Origin: Prevotella sp.
GTDB lineage: Bacteria; Bacteroidota; Bacteroidia; Bacteroidales; Dysgonomonadaceae
Direction of reading: 5' to 3'
Assembly (NCBI GenBank): GCA_031285625.1
Contig: JAITVV010000018.1
Location: 1-64,000 of the forward strand
DNA length: 64,000 nucleotides
The notes under the pieces are model-generated. The model was not told where the DNA came from and searched no databases. It saw nothing but the letters and a program-made list of their open reading frames with translations. Positions 18,263 through 28,783 of the stretch are shown here, in pieces. The position numbers and the translations under genes are program-made. Position 1 is the first letter of the stretch, and each line of letters begins with the position of its first letter.

Positions 18263-19099
18263 TTAAATTATTTCCAGTTTTTCCCGTTGAATCCAACCGA
18301 TTGTACCGTTATCTATCTCTATTTCGAGCCAGTTACGGTCTTCTTTTGTTACAGTAACCTTTGTTCCTGCATGTAAAACAGTGAGTTCCTTGCTGTTTAT
18401 ATCGGGAGAACTTACTATTGAAGCTGATCCCGTCATAATCACTGCTGTATCTCTGTTTTCTATTTTATTTTTCTGCCTGAATGAAAAGATATTTGCAAAT
18501 ATAACGACAATTATTAGTACTATACCGGAATAGAATGCAAGTTTTTTAAAGAAGATCAGCCTGCTAAAGAAAAATAAAACCAGACATCCTATAAGTATGA
18601 TAAAGCATACCACACCTATATTAGCCCATGTATTTGATTTAAAGAGATTTTGTACAGCGTTAAACCATATATTCAGGAAGAAAGAATCAGCTACAGGTAT
18701 CTTATCTTCTATTTTGGTCATTATATAGTTGATATTATGCCTTGTATCCCTGTCTCCCGGATCTAGGAGCAATGCTCTTTCATAATTTAATCTGGCTTTT
18801 GCAATCTCGTTTATCCTGAAATAAGCATTTCCCAGATTATAATATAATTCTGGAGATTCCAGGCCCAAAGCTTTTTGCTCATTCCTTTCTTTCTCCAACT
18901 CTTCAATCACCTTACGGAAATCACCTTCGTTATACATCAGGGTTATCGGGTCTGTAGTACCATCTTGTCTAATGGCGGAATTTACGTGAGTGGCACCAGA
19001 ATCTGTTTTTATATTTATTGAATCCTGAGCATATGATGTAACAAATGCAAATAATATGAACAGGTATGATAATATAACTCGTTTCATAATACTCATCAT
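18263..19099 (-). CDS. batE: BatE (TPR plus SH3b domains)
   Basis: YYNLGNAYFR TPR, two TM helices, LHAGTKV...GWI; position in the bat operon. Confidence 0.9.
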   Translation of the reverse strand: MMSIMKRVILSYLFILFAFVTSYAQDSINIKTDSGATHVNSAIRQDGTTDPITLMYNEGDFRKVIEELEKERNEQKALGLESPELYYNLGNAYFRINEIAKARLNYERALLLDPGDRDTRHNINYIMTKIEDKIPVADSFFLNIWFNAVQNLFKSNTWANIGVVCFIILIGCLVLFFFSRLIFFKKLAFYSGIVLIIVVIFANIFSFRQKNKIENRDTAVIMTGSASIVSSPDINSKELTVLHAGTKVTVTKEDRNWLEIEIDNGTIGWIQREKLEII

Positions 19100-20934
19100 T
19101 GTTTTATTTTGTTTATTGTACTTTCCATTTTACCTATTGCATCCACAGTGTCATTGTATAGGTTATCCATTTCATGCCCTGATTCTGAAGGAGCATAGCG
19201 TGCAAATTCTCCTGTATCAAGGATATTCATGAATGTGCCGATCAGATTTTCATCTACACCATACCTTAAAAGTTCTGACTCTATATTTTCCCTGTTAAGT
19301 TCTGCTACAGGGATGGTGAGCTTGTCACTAAGGTACCCCCACACAGCACGTAATATCTCTTCGTAGAAATTATCTTTTTTCTGTGCTTGTAAATATTGTT
19401 TTGCCAGTTTAAGGCGTTTTGTTGCTACCTTATTTGCTTTCTTGGTCCGCATCAGAGCAATATCGGCATTTGCTTTGATTTGTTTCCTATAGATGATGGA
19501 GAACGTAATAAACAATACTAATGGAATCAGGTACCATAGAAGATATGATAATGAACCGACAAAGAAGCTCTTCGGGTTTTTAAAAGAATAATCTCCGGTT
19601 TTGATATAACGGATATCTTGGTCTACTTCTAAATCTTTTTGATTAGAATAGCTGGTTGACACGTTTTTTCCTGCATTTGGATCTTTGTCTACATCAAGAT
19701 CATAAGCCGGAGAAGATACAGTTTTGTATGTATTGGATCTTGTATCGAAATATGAAAATTCGATCGGAGGTATTGTAAATTTACCAGGGTAACGCGGAAT
19801 GAACATATATTCTATCGACTTAGTTCCGGATAAGCCATTTTCAGAGATCCTGTAGTCATTCTTAACCTGAGCATCATAGGTTTCAAAATCTTTCGGGAAT
19901 TTTATTTCAGGATTCTTGATTAGCTTTAAGTTTCCTGTACCTGTGATATCCAGCTTGATTGTAACAGCATCATTTGCCTTCATCTTTTGTGCCGAGATAG
20001 TTGGCTTGAATGTAAATGAACCAACAGCACCTGAGAAATTAGCCGGTTTGTCTTGTGTTGGAAGAGGCGAAATATCTACAGTAACAGGACTGGTACGTAA
20101 TGTTTTTTTTGCTTCAGTCATTACATCCTGTGGCCCGAAAAATGTTTGTACTTTACGCCCTGATGCCACTTCAAATACAATTTCCATTGTTCCGGCAGGA
20201 ATTGTTATCTTACCCGAACGCTGAGGAAATAGTAGCGTCTTCTTTACATCCACGGCCATATAGTTGCGCCCCTTATAGTGTTCAGCAGTTAGTTGCTGAT
20301 TTGTTTGCATCTCAAAGTCTTCAGTCATGAAGCCCTCAAACTCGGGGAATTGAATTTTTCCTACATTCCTGATGTTTAATACAGTATAGAACCTGAATGT
20401 AACCACTACAGCCTCTTGTTCTTTAACTCTGGTCTTGGAAAAGATAGCTCTGATAAAGGCATCATCAGCACTTACATTCCCGTCTGTTGAGGTCTGAGTT
20501 ATGACCTGTGGCTGGCGCCCGGGTTGCTGCGGCTGTGCATTCTTATCAGGAGGGAGCACTTTTATCTGTGTTGTTCCTGATTTATAATTACGCCCATTTA
20601 CTTTGATAGAGGCTGCCGGTAGCGTAAAAGTACCTTCACTATTGGCCATTAGTACATATGTGAATGTAGTATTACTTTCAGAAGTAACCTTCCCGTTTAT
20701 GTTTGATGAACTATAAACCTGAGATACAGATGGCCCGAACAGAATATCAAAACCTTTTATTTCGTCCGGAATCTGAATGTCATTACCACTTCCTCCTTTA
20801 AGGATATATTGCAGTTGAATTTGTGCCCCTTTTACAGTGGATCCGGGAGCATTAATTACAAAGCTAACATCCTGACCCAATACTTCTGTTATACTAATGA
20901 GTAATAATATGAATAAAAAATAATATCTTTTCAT
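19096..20934 (-). CDS. batD: BatD
   Basis: Signal peptide, GPSVSQ...INGK, LFPQRSG, FSGAVG, GTGNLKLI, C-terminal ARYAP. Confidence 0.92.
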   Translation of the reverse strand: MKRYYFLFILLLISITEVLGQDVSFVINAPGSTVKGAQIQLQYILKGGSGNDIQIPDEIKGFDILFGPSVSQVYSSSNINGKVTSESNTTFTYVLMANSEGTFTLPAASIKVNGRNYKSGTTQIKVLPPDKNAQPQQPGRQPQVITQTSTDGNVSADDAFIRAIFSKTRVKEQEAVVVTFRFYTVLNIRNVGKIQFPEFEGFMTEDFEMQTNQQLTAEHYKGRNYMAVDVKKTLLFPQRSGKITIPAGTMEIVFEVASGRKVQTFFGPQDVMTEAKKTLRTSPVTVDISPLPTQDKPANFSGAVGSFTFKPTISAQKMKANDAVTIKLDITGTGNLKLIKNPEIKFPKDFETYDAQVKNDYRISENGLSGTKSIEYMFIPRYPGKFTIPPIEFSYFDTRSNTYKTVSSPAYDLDVDKDPNAGKNVSTSYSNQKDLEVDQDIRYIKTGDYSFKNPKSFFVGSLSYLLWYLIPLVLFITFSIIYRKQIKANADIALMRTKKANKVATKRLKLAKQYLQAQKKDNFYEEILRAVWGYLSDKLTIPVAELNRENIESELLRYGVDENLIGTFMNILDTGEFARYAPSESGHEMDNLYNDTVDAIGKMESTINKIKQ

Positions 20935-20989
20935 TACCCTCCGTTATATTGTTTTACTGATTTCTCTATGCAAAATTAATCTTTTTACT

Positions 20990-21853
20990 TTATATAGCTT
21001 TCAAATCCTGTACTCGTATTGTTACCGGATCTATTTTTAAGACTTTATTGTTTGTCAATACTTCATCATATACATCACCCCATATATCTCTGACTTTACG
21101 CCCTGTAGGTTTCGAATACTGCACCGTAACCGATCCTTCGGGAATATTTATTTCTCCTAGTCTGCGTGGTTGTAATAGCAGTTTACGTATTTCTATGACC
21201 TTATATACTTTACCCTCTATTTCCTTTTCTGTAAAATTCTGCCGACGGCGTGTGATATTACTTGAATAAAAGTCATTTATAGCAGGAAAATCCGTGCTCA
21301 CTATTTTACGTATTTCTTCAGTTGAGTATAACCGGTAGGTAATCGTTACAGTATCGGACAGATTGATACTGTTTCTCGACACGGAGACTTTTATAAATGC
21401 ATCAATGTTATCTATCTCGGATGCTATATCTTCTTTTGACTTTACTGTTATCTTGAAATTGTCTGGCTTGTATTTCTTATTATCAATGGATACTTCTGCC
21501 CGGGGTAACGAATAACTGCCTTTTTGTTCCGCCTTGAGTATATATGTCGATGTAACAGTATAAGACTGTATTCTTTTCCCGTTTTGAAAAGTGGTAGAGG
21601 AGGAGTTTGAAACGGATGGTCCGTAAATAATTTCAAATCCTGGTATATTTTTTATTATTACAGGCTCTCTTACTTCTTTATCGCTTTCCACTATATAGGA
21701 TACTTTAAACTGCTCACCTATAGTGACAGTTTCCGGAGCTTTTATTGAGACTTTCGTTTCCTGTCCGGTTGCGGATATACAAAGTATAGACAAGAAAGCT
21801 AATATAAATAATTTATGTAATGAGTAAAAATTACTTCTTATAGTCATTACCAA
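20990..21853 (-). CDS. Second, short BatD-like protein (two N-terminal domains only)
   Basis: GFEIIYGPSVS, DAFIKVS, LLQPRRLGEINIP parallel the N-terminal half of BatD; no C-terminal TM region. Confidence 0.8.
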   Translation of the reverse strand: MVMTIRSNFYSLHKLFILAFLSILCISATGQETKVSIKAPETVTIGEQFKVSYIVESDKEVREPVIIKNIPGFEIIYGPSVSNSSSTTFQNGKRIQSYTVTSTYILKAEQKGSYSLPRAEVSIDNKKYKPDNFKITVKSKEDIASEIDNIDAFIKVSVSRNSINLSDTVTITYRLYSTEEIRKIVSTDFPAINDFYSSNITRRRQNFTEKEIEGKVYKVIEIRKLLLQPRRLGEINIPEGSVTVQYSKPTGRKVRDIWGDVYDEVLTNNKVLKIDPVTIRVQDLKAI

Positions 21854-22629
21854 TCCTTGTTTTGTTTTCTGTTATTTTCGTTTTTCTGTTTGCGTTCCTG
21901 AGCTTTTGCCTGTTTCACGCGTTCCTGAGTATTCTTTTCATCCTGCTCTATGGCTTGCAGAATCTGTTGCATATTGTCTTGCGACATTTGGTTTTGTTGG
22001 TCTTTATTCTGATCCTGTTTTTGATCTTTATTCTGATCCTGATTCTGGTCTTTATTCTGATCTTGCTTTTGGTCTTTGTTCTGATCTTGTTTTTGATCCT
22101 TGTTTTGATCTTTATTCTGATCCTGTTGATCTTTTATCATCTTTTGTACCACAGCCAGATTGTAACGGGTCTGGTCATCTTTTGGATTCAAACGCAAGGC
22201 ATTTTTATAGGCTTCCATCGAGAGTTTCAGATTATCAGCTTGTTGTTGAGGCTGCTGGGGCTGTTGTCCCTGTGGAACCGGCATCTGTCCTTTCTCATTG
22301 GCTTTCTTTTTGAGAAAAGTATTGCCCATGTTACTCCATGCAGAACTCATTTTGTCAGGATCTTCATTTTCCAGTGTCAGGTAGTGTTGATACTCCTTTA
22401 CGGCTTCATCCCATTTCTGCTGTTTGTAATATGTATTTGCCAGATTAAAAGATGCTTCTTTCGATCCTGCGTTTTCCTTCAATGCTTTATTATATTCAGC
22501 TTCTGCGGCACCATATCGCTGTTCATTATACGCACTATTTCCCGAACGGATAGCTTTACGTACTTCCTTCTGAGCAGATAAGCTAATAGCAATCAAGATG
22601 AATAATGTTATAAATATAGTTTTCTTCAT
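21847..22629 (-). CDS. batC: BatC (TPR protein with Gln-rich repeat linker)
   Basis: Signal peptide from ATG 22629 (MKKTIFIT), TPRs, YKNALRLNP, C-terminal KDW. The track start at 22692 is probably too far upstream. Confidence 0.9.
   Translation of the reverse strand: MKKTIFITLFILIAISLSAQKEVRKAIRSGNSAYNEQRYGAAEAEYNKALKENAGSKEASFNLANTYYKQQKWDEAVKEYQHYLTLENEDPDKMSSAWSNMGNTFLKKKANEKGQMPVPQGQQPQQPQQQADNLKLSMEAYKNALRLNPKDDQTRYNLAVVQKMIKDQQDQNKDQNKDQKQDQNKDQKQDQNKDQNQDQNKDQKQDQNKDQQNQMSQDNMQQILQAIEQDEKNTQERVKQAKAQERKQKNENNRKQNKDW
21993..22130 (-). repeat. Coding 12-nt tandem repeat (DQNK/DQKQ units) in batC
   Basis: Repeated tctttattctga / tcttgtttttga units. Confidence 0.85.
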
Positions 22630-22645
22630 TGTTTTGATTCTAATA

Positions 22646-23674
22646 TTATTTGAACAGTTTGATATTTCTGAATATTCTGTTCTTCTTGTCAAATATGCAT
22701 ACTTCCAGAATAAGTAGTGCTAACATGGCCCATGCAAAAATCTGGAATTTTTCGTCGTATTCAGAATAGGCAATACCATCTATCTCTTTTTTCTGAAGTT
22801 TTTCAAGCTCTGCCTGAAGACTCTTTAAAGCACTGTTTGAATTGTCTGCATGAGCATATAACCCTTGGCCGGCTTTGGCTATCTGGCGACACATTTCTTC
22901 GTTCAGTTTTGTTACTACAGGTTGTCCCTGCATATCTCTTTTGAAATCTCTTGATCCTTCGGATACAGGAATCATAGAACCTTGTGTGGTACCAATGCCA
23001 ACTACATTAACATGGACACCTTTGTCTGCAGCTCTTTTTGCCGCTTCTTCAGCATTGCCTTCATGTCCTTCCCCATCTGTAATCAAAACAATAGCCTTGT
23101 CTATATTTTCATCGTTGGAGAAACAACTCATACTTACATCGATTGCACTACCAATAGCTGTTCCCTGTACTGGAACTAAATTTGTATCTATTGTTTCCAG
23201 AAATAATTTTGCTGACTGGTTATCCGGTGTTAGAGGCAGCTGAATAAAAGCTTCACCTGCGAAAACGACAATAGCTACTTTATCATTTTTCCGCTCATCA
23301 ATGATGCGGGTAAGCATTTGTTTAGCTTTAGTTAGCCTGCTTGGTTTTATATCTTCTGCCAGCATAGAGTTTGATACATCAATGGCAATAACAAGTTCAA
23401 TACCTTTTTTATCCACTTTTTCGACTTTTGTTCCAAACTGCGGACGGGCTAGAACAATTATACCAAATCCAATGATCACCATCGTTACCCAGAATTTCAG
23501 ATAAGAACGCTTAAGAGACAATTCAGGCATCATTTTTTTTACTAATGCCAATGTACCTAGTTTTTCTACACCTTTTCGTTTGGCAATATTTAACAAGATA
23601 AAGCCAATAATGAAAACGGGTATGGCGAAGAATAAATATAGAAATTCAGGATTTGCAAATTTAAATACACTCAT
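22646..23674 (-). CDS. batB: BatB (VWA domain)
   Basis: LARPQFG, MIDAS DVSNSM, ITDGEGH. Confidence 0.92.
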   Translation of the reverse strand: MSVFKFANPEFLYLFFAIPVFIIGFILLNIAKRKGVEKLGTLALVKKMMPELSLKRSYLKFWVTMVIIGFGIIVLARPQFGTKVEKVDKKGIELVIAIDVSNSMLAEDIKPSRLTKAKQMLTRIIDERKNDKVAIVVFAGEAFIQLPLTPDNQSAKLFLETIDTNLVPVQGTAIGSAIDVSMSCFSNDENIDKAIVLITDGEGHEGNAEEAAKRAADKGVHVNVVGIGTTQGSMIPVSEGSRDFKRDMQGQPVVTKLNEEMCRQIAKAGQGLYAHADNSNSALKSLQAELEKLQKKEIDGIAYSEYDEKFQIFAWAMLALLILEVCIFDKKNRIFRNIKLFK

Positions 23675-23694
23675 AATTATCTAACACTTTTTAT

Positions 23695-24678
23695 TTATGG
23701 AATGTTTCTTAACCATGTACGACGAAGGATTAATTCAAATCCGATAAGAGCTAGTGCCAAAATAGCATATGGTAAATAAAGCTCTTTACGTTTCGTTACA
23801 GTGTTTACACTTATATGAGACTTTTCCATCTGATCTATTTCATCATATATACCACTCAGACTGGTATTGTCTGTTGCGCGGAAATATGTACCTCCTGTTA
23901 TGGATGCTATTTCGGTTAATGTACGTTCATCAAAATCACCTGAAACATTCATCGACTGCATTCCATACGGAGTCATGATGCGGGCAACCGAAGTTCCGCG
24001 GGAACCTACCCCGATTGTATATACACGTATACCGTACGAGGCGGCTAATTCTGCTGCTGTAAGTGGCGCTATCTGTCCGGCATTGTTCGACCCATCGGTA
24101 AGAAGAATAACAACACGTGATTTGGATTCACTGTCTTTCAGCCTGTTCACTGAGTTTGCCAGCCCTAAGCCTATAGCAGTACCGTCTTCTATCATCCCGA
24201 ATTTCACTTCACTCAGAAGATTGAGTAAAACACGGTGGTCGGTAGTCAATGGACATTGAGTGAAACTCTCTCCTGCAAAGATCACAAGCCCGATCTTATC
24301 ACTTTTTCTATCGTTGATAAATTCAGATGCTACTTTTTTTGCTGCTTCCAGACGGGTAGGGGAGAAGTCATTTGCCATCATGGTACCTGATATATCCAGT
24401 GCCATAACTATGTCGATACCCTCAGAATTGGAAATATCGGATGAATTTACACTTTGCGGTCTTGCCAGAACAATAATTACCAGTGCAATGGCAATCAGTC
24501 TCAACAGGAATGGCAAGTGCCGCATATATACCCTTATTGTAGAGGGTGCTTTTTCGAATGCATAGCTAGAAGATAATTTGAATGTAGCCTGCACTTTCCG
24601 CAACTTAAAGATATACCATACTATAAGTGGTATAAGCAATAAGAGTAAATATAAATAATTCGGATTAGCATATTCCAT
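23695..24678 (-). CDS. batA: BatA (VWA domain)
   Basis: LARPQ, DISGTM, GTAIGLGL, LTDGSNN, YFRATDN. Confidence 0.93.
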   Translation of the reverse strand: MEYANPNYLYLLLLLIPLIVWYIFKLRKVQATFKLSSSYAFEKAPSTIRVYMRHLPFLLRLIAIALVIIVLARPQSVNSSDISNSEGIDIVMALDISGTMMANDFSPTRLEAAKKVASEFINDRKSDKIGLVIFAGESFTQCPLTTDHRVLLNLLSEVKFGMIEDGTAIGLGLANSVNRLKDSESKSRVVILLTDGSNNAGQIAPLTAAELAASYGIRVYTIGVGSRGTSVARIMTPYGMQSMNVSGDFDERTLTEIASITGGTYFRATDNTSLSGIYDEIDQMEKSHISVNTVTKRKELYLPYAILALALIGFELILRRTWLRNIP

Positions 24679-24689
24679 TTCTATATCCT

Positions 24690-25751
24690 TTAGCTTGGTT
24701 TTTTATCTTGGTTTATAATTTCCTGTCCTTTTTCAGGAGTGTTTCCTGCAACGCCTTCTTTTTGGTCTTCAAGAGTAGGGCGCTCTTCTATCTTTGTCTG
24801 ATTAACAAACAGGAATGCGTTGACCAGACTGAGGTCATTTTCGTCTGCATATGGTGTGTATTTTGCAAACTTAACTAAGTCGGCCAGCCTTAACACCTGT
24901 GCCAGTCCGTCAGTCGCCGATTTAGTATCTGTTGCCAAGTGCACTGCAGCAATAATATCATCAGAAATCATTTCTGGTGCATCAATATTGAAACGGCGGT
25001 CAATGTATTTACGGAGAATATCTGTAAGCTCGGTAAAATATTCTTTCTCCATACCCTTTTGCCACAACTTCGACTCTTTAAGCTTATCGAGCCCTTGCAA
25101 AGCTTCGACATGCGGTGGTAAAATGATCTTAGGAGTGAAGTAATATCCTTTTTTCTTTTTCCTAAGTATAAAGTATACCGCAACACCGATTAGTATCAAT
25201 GCCAGGATAATTAGCAAAGGGATATATAAAAATTCCAGATAATCTTGCCACACAAATGGAGGTTTCTGGATATCCTTTATATCACTTATCTGTAGTTTAT
25301 CAAAGTCTATCGAATCTGTCTGGTGAGTATTCAGCATCTCCAGATAGGCTAATGTAGAGTCTGATAATTGAGGAGCAGAGACTTTCAGTCCAAAATCATT
25401 TGTCCGTAATGTATCGGTTCCGTCGACTACCATCATGTAAGGAATGTGGTAGAGGGTAGAATCGAAGGAGGTGACAACATACTTCTGGCTGATTGTCATT
25501 ACTTCCGTCATAGTAGTGTCAGGTTTCAGCATATGTAGTATTTCCACTCCTGTGATCAATGTATCCTGATATACAGGGAAAAGGATATTTCTATCCTTCG
25601 GACTGATGACTTCTACATTAATGATAGCCTGCTCACCAATCAGTATGTCTGATGGCTGGATGGTTGCTCTTACAGTCGGTTTCTGTGCATATACCGAGAA
25701 GCTCAAGCAACAAAGCAAACAAAACAATATTATATTTTTTATTTTCACCAT
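24690..25751 (-). CDS. Bat-locus membrane protein
   Basis: Signal peptide, DIKDI followed by a TM helix, ADLVKFAK; usual position before batA. Confidence 0.8.
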   Translation of the reverse strand: MVKIKNIILFCLLCCLSFSVYAQKPTVRATIQPSDILIGEQAIINVEVISPKDRNILFPVYQDTLITGVEILHMLKPDTTMTEVMTISQKYVVTSFDSTLYHIPYMMVVDGTDTLRTNDFGLKVSAPQLSDSTLAYLEMLNTHQTDSIDFDKLQISDIKDIQKPPFVWQDYLEFLYIPLLIILALILIGVAVYFILRKKKKGYYFTPKIILPPHVEALQGLDKLKESKLWQKGMEKEYFTELTDILRKYIDRRFNIDAPEMISDDIIAAVHLATDTKSATDGLAQVLRLADLVKFAKYTPYADENDLSLVNAFLFVNQTKIEERPTLEDQKEGVAGNTPEKGQEIINQDKKPS

Positions 25752-25757
25752 ATACTT

Positions 25758-26627
25758 CTAACTTCTCTTTTTAAATAAAGCGAGCAATGCTTTCACATAA
25801 TCTTCATCTGTGCGTACAGACACATTATCCACCTTACTCCGATTGAAAGATGTCTGCATATTTTGCTGTTGTTGTTGCCACCAATCTTTATATGTTTGCC
25901 GCACTTTACGGGATGATGTGTCGATCCATCGTTCTGCCCCGGTTTCCGCATCGAGTATTTTCATTAGTCCTACGCTTGGTAACTGGGTTTCCAGATTATC
26001 ATATACCTGTAAGGCTACAATATCATGCTTACGGTTTGCTATTGTCAATGCATTGTTATAGTCTTTTATATCGATAAAGTCGGAGATCATAAATGTTGTA
26101 CAACGTTTTTTGATCACATTGGTCAGGTATTTTAAGGCCATTCCCATATCTGTTTTGGGGCTTTCCGCTTCAAAGTTTATCAGTTCCCTTATGATATATA
26201 GAATATGCTTTTTACCTTTTTTGGGTGGGATGAATTTCTCAATCTTATCCGAAAAGAAGATCACCCCGATTTTATCATTATTCTGTATCGCCGAAAATGC
26301 CAGTGTTGCAGCTATTTCTGTAACCACATCGCGTTTGGGTGACTGACGGGTTCCGAAATCCTGACTGGCCGATACATCCACTAGGAGCATAACAGTAAGT
26401 TCCCGCTCTTCTTCAAAAACCTTAATAAAGGGTTTGTTATAGCGGGCAGTTACATTCCAGTCTATGTCGCGGATGTCATCACCATATTGATATTCACGTA
26501 CTTCAGAGAAAGCCATACCCCTGCCTTTAAACGCAGAATGGTATTGCCCTGCAAAAATGTTACGGGACAAACCACGAGTCTTTATCTCAATCTGACGTAC
26601 TTTTTTTAATAATTCGCTTGTTTCCAT
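25758..26627 (-). CDS. DUF58 domain protein
   Basis: FKGRGMAFSEVREYQYGDDIRDIDWNVTAR, FEEEREL. Confidence 0.93.
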   Translation of the reverse strand: METSELLKKVRQIEIKTRGLSRNIFAGQYHSAFKGRGMAFSEVREYQYGDDIRDIDWNVTARYNKPFIKVFEEERELTVMLLVDVSASQDFGTRQSPKRDVVTEIAATLAFSAIQNNDKIGVIFFSDKIEKFIPPKKGKKHILYIIRELINFEAESPKTDMGMALKYLTNVIKKRCTTFMISDFIDIKDYNNALTIANRKHDIVALQVYDNLETQLPSVGLMKILDAETGAERWIDTSSRKVRQTYKDWWQQQQQNMQTSFNRSKVDNVSVRTDEDYVKALLALFKKRS

Positions 26628-26635
26628 TAATTTCT

Positions 26636-26698
26636 AAGCTGTTAGCTATTAGCGGATAGCCAATAGCAGATTTATTCTCCAGAAAGCTAATAGCTTAA
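26636..26698. repeat. Intergenic period-7 AGC repeats with an inverted copy
   Basis: agc at 26637, 26644, 26651, 26658 and 26665, then agctaat-agcttaa. Confidence 0.55.
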
Positions 26699-27691
26699 TT
26701 ACGGAACTTCTACTTTATTCAGTATTTCGCTGATGATTTCGTCTGAAGTAGTATTGTTTGCTTCGGCCTCGTAAGTAAGGCCAATACGGTGACGTAGTAC
26801 ATCGTGACATACAGCACGTATATCTTCCGGTATAACATAACCTCTACGTTTGATAAAAGCATATGCACGGGATGCAAGTGCCAAGCTGATGGATGCACGT
26901 GGAGAAGCCCCGAATCCTATCATACCTTTTAGCGAGGTTAGTCCGTTTTCTTCAGGGAAACGTGTTGCAAATACAATATCTACGATATATTTTTCAATTT
27001 TCTCATCCAGATAAACATCTCTTACCACTTCGCGGGCACTGATTATTTCATCGGCTTTCATTACCGGTTCAACTCTGCCGTAATCTCCGGTTAAGTTATT
27101 CCTTAAGATTAATTTCTCCTCTTCTTTTTTAGGATAATTTATCACAACTTTCAGCATGAAACGGTCAACCTGAGCTTCAGGCAGCGGATATGTACCTTCT
27201 TGTTCAATCGGGTTTTGAGTGGCCATTACCAAGAATGGGGAAGGTAACTTATAGGTTTTCTCACCAATGGTAACCTGACGTTCCTGCATGGCTTCGAGCA
27301 GAGCACTCTGTACTTTTGCCGGAGCACGGTTGATTTCATCGGCCAATACAAAATTGGAAAATACAGGCCCGTGTTTTACAAAGAACTCTTCTGTCTTTTG
27401 GCTGTAAATCATTGTACCTATAACGTCCGCCGGAAGTAAATCGGGAGTAAATTGTATGCGGCTGTACTTAGCCTCGATAAGTGATGCCAAAGATTTGATA
27501 GCTAGTGTTTTTGCTAGTCCGGGAACCCCTTCTAGTAATATGTGGCCATCAGCAAGTAATCCTATCAAAAGGGATTCCACAAGATGCTTTTGTCCCACAA
27601 TCACTCTATCCATTCCCATAGTGAGCGATTCTACGAATGAACTTTTACTTTGAATTCTTTCGGTAAGTTCCCGAATATCAACTTGTGCCAT
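26699..27691 (-). CDS. moxR: MoxR family AAA+ ATPase
   Basis: EGVPGLAKT, RIQFTPDLLP, DEINRAPAKVQSALLE, LPEAQVDRF. Confidence 0.95.
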   Translation of the reverse strand: MAQVDIRELTERIQSKSSFVESLTMGMDRVIVGQKHLVESLLIGLLADGHILLEGVPGLAKTLAIKSLASLIEAKYSRIQFTPDLLPADVIGTMIYSQKTEEFFVKHGPVFSNFVLADEINRAPAKVQSALLEAMQERQVTIGEKTYKLPSPFLVMATQNPIEQEGTYPLPEAQVDRFMLKVVINYPKKEEEKLILRNNLTGDYGRVEPVMKADEIISAREVVRDVYLDEKIEKYIVDIVFATRFPEENGLTSLKGMIGFGASPRASISLALASRAYAFIKRRGYVIPEDIRAVCHDVLRHRIGLTYEAEANNTTSDEIISEILNKVEVP

Positions 27692-27898
27692 ACTTTTATT
27701 CTATTTTGTATTTATATTTGATTTTCCTATTTACTAAGCAGGACAAAAATAGAAATGTTAAATCTGAAAACCGATAATTCGGAGTTAAAAAAAATTAAGT
27801 GGAACGAAGTATTTAAGCCAAAAAATTAAATAGTATAGATGATATGCGGCTTATTAGTTAAATTTTGTAATTTTATCGTTCACTATGTAGACCATACT

Positions 27899-28567
27899 AT
27901 GAAAGAATTGCGACCAAATGCCAAAAGAGGGAGAATAGCTGTAGGTGTGATATGGGTAATAATATTACTCGGCATTGTATCATTAATTATTGAGGGTATA
28001 CAATTACTGATTGCTTCTGAAATTATCTCAGTCGAAGATATAGGTGGCAATCTACTTTTTATATTGGATTCGGTCCTATCTTACACTACCTCTTTAATTT
28101 TTGTGGCTACCATCGCTTCCATCGTCACATTTATACTGTGGTTTAGACGTGCATACTATAATATCGGTCTAAAAACAGGAAAAATGAGATATGGCGACGG
28201 ATGGGCTGCCGGTGCGTGGTTTATTCCTATTCTTAATCTGTTTGTCCCTTATCGGATAATGAAAGAACTATATGAAAAAACAGATCAGTATCTTGTGGTT
28301 AATAGCAGGGAACCATATACTGAAAGGCTGAAAACAGATTATGTCAATGGCTGGTGGACATTATGGATTATCAGGTTTTTCACAAGCTACATCTCGTTCA
28401 AAATAGAATGGGGTCCGCTTTCTACTAGTGATGGAAATCCTTTCTTCTCTGTTCTTGATTCCATTATAGGAATTACTCTCGGAATTGTGACTATTATCGT
28501 GATTGAGGATTACTCCAAAGCTGAGAGACTACTTGTCGAAACAGAAGATAATGCGATTGACCAATAA
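27899..28567 (+). CDS. DUF4328 membrane protein
   Basis: WFRRAYYN, GWAAGAWFIPILNLFVPYRIMKEL. Likely ATG 27899. Confidence 0.8.
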   Translation: MKELRPNAKRGRIAVGVIWVIILLGIVSLIIEGIQLLIASEIISVEDIGGNLLFILDSVLSYTTSLIFVATIASIVTFILWFRRAYYNIGLKTGKMRYGDGWAAGAWFIPILNLFVPYRIMKELYEKTDQYLVVNSREPYTERLKTDYVNGWWTLWIIRFFTSYISFKIEWGPLSTSDGNPFFSVLDSIIGITLGIVTIIVIEDYSKAERLLVETEDNAIDQ

Positions 28568-28783
28568 AGAAAATATGTATCAATGAATTGTAGCCTTTTT
28601 GTAAACTCTAATTAACAAATGATCGGATAAAATCTATATTCTGACAAATTTCACCATATTTTCGTTTTTTAGTAAAAAATCTATCACAGAATTTAGTATA
28701 TTTGTATCGCTTTTAAAATCAGGTGGTAGCTGATCAATATGCTGATAATCAATAATATTAATTATATTTAATTAGAAAGAATC

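Noticed and set aside
21993-22130. Repeat array as a possible CRISPR
   Set aside because: 12-nt in-frame coding units with no spacers; no cas genes in the window.
21862-22581. 239-aa very hydrophobic plus-strand ORF (and 21906-22313)
   Set aside because: Antisense reading of the batC Gln/Asp/Lys repeat; not a real membrane protein.
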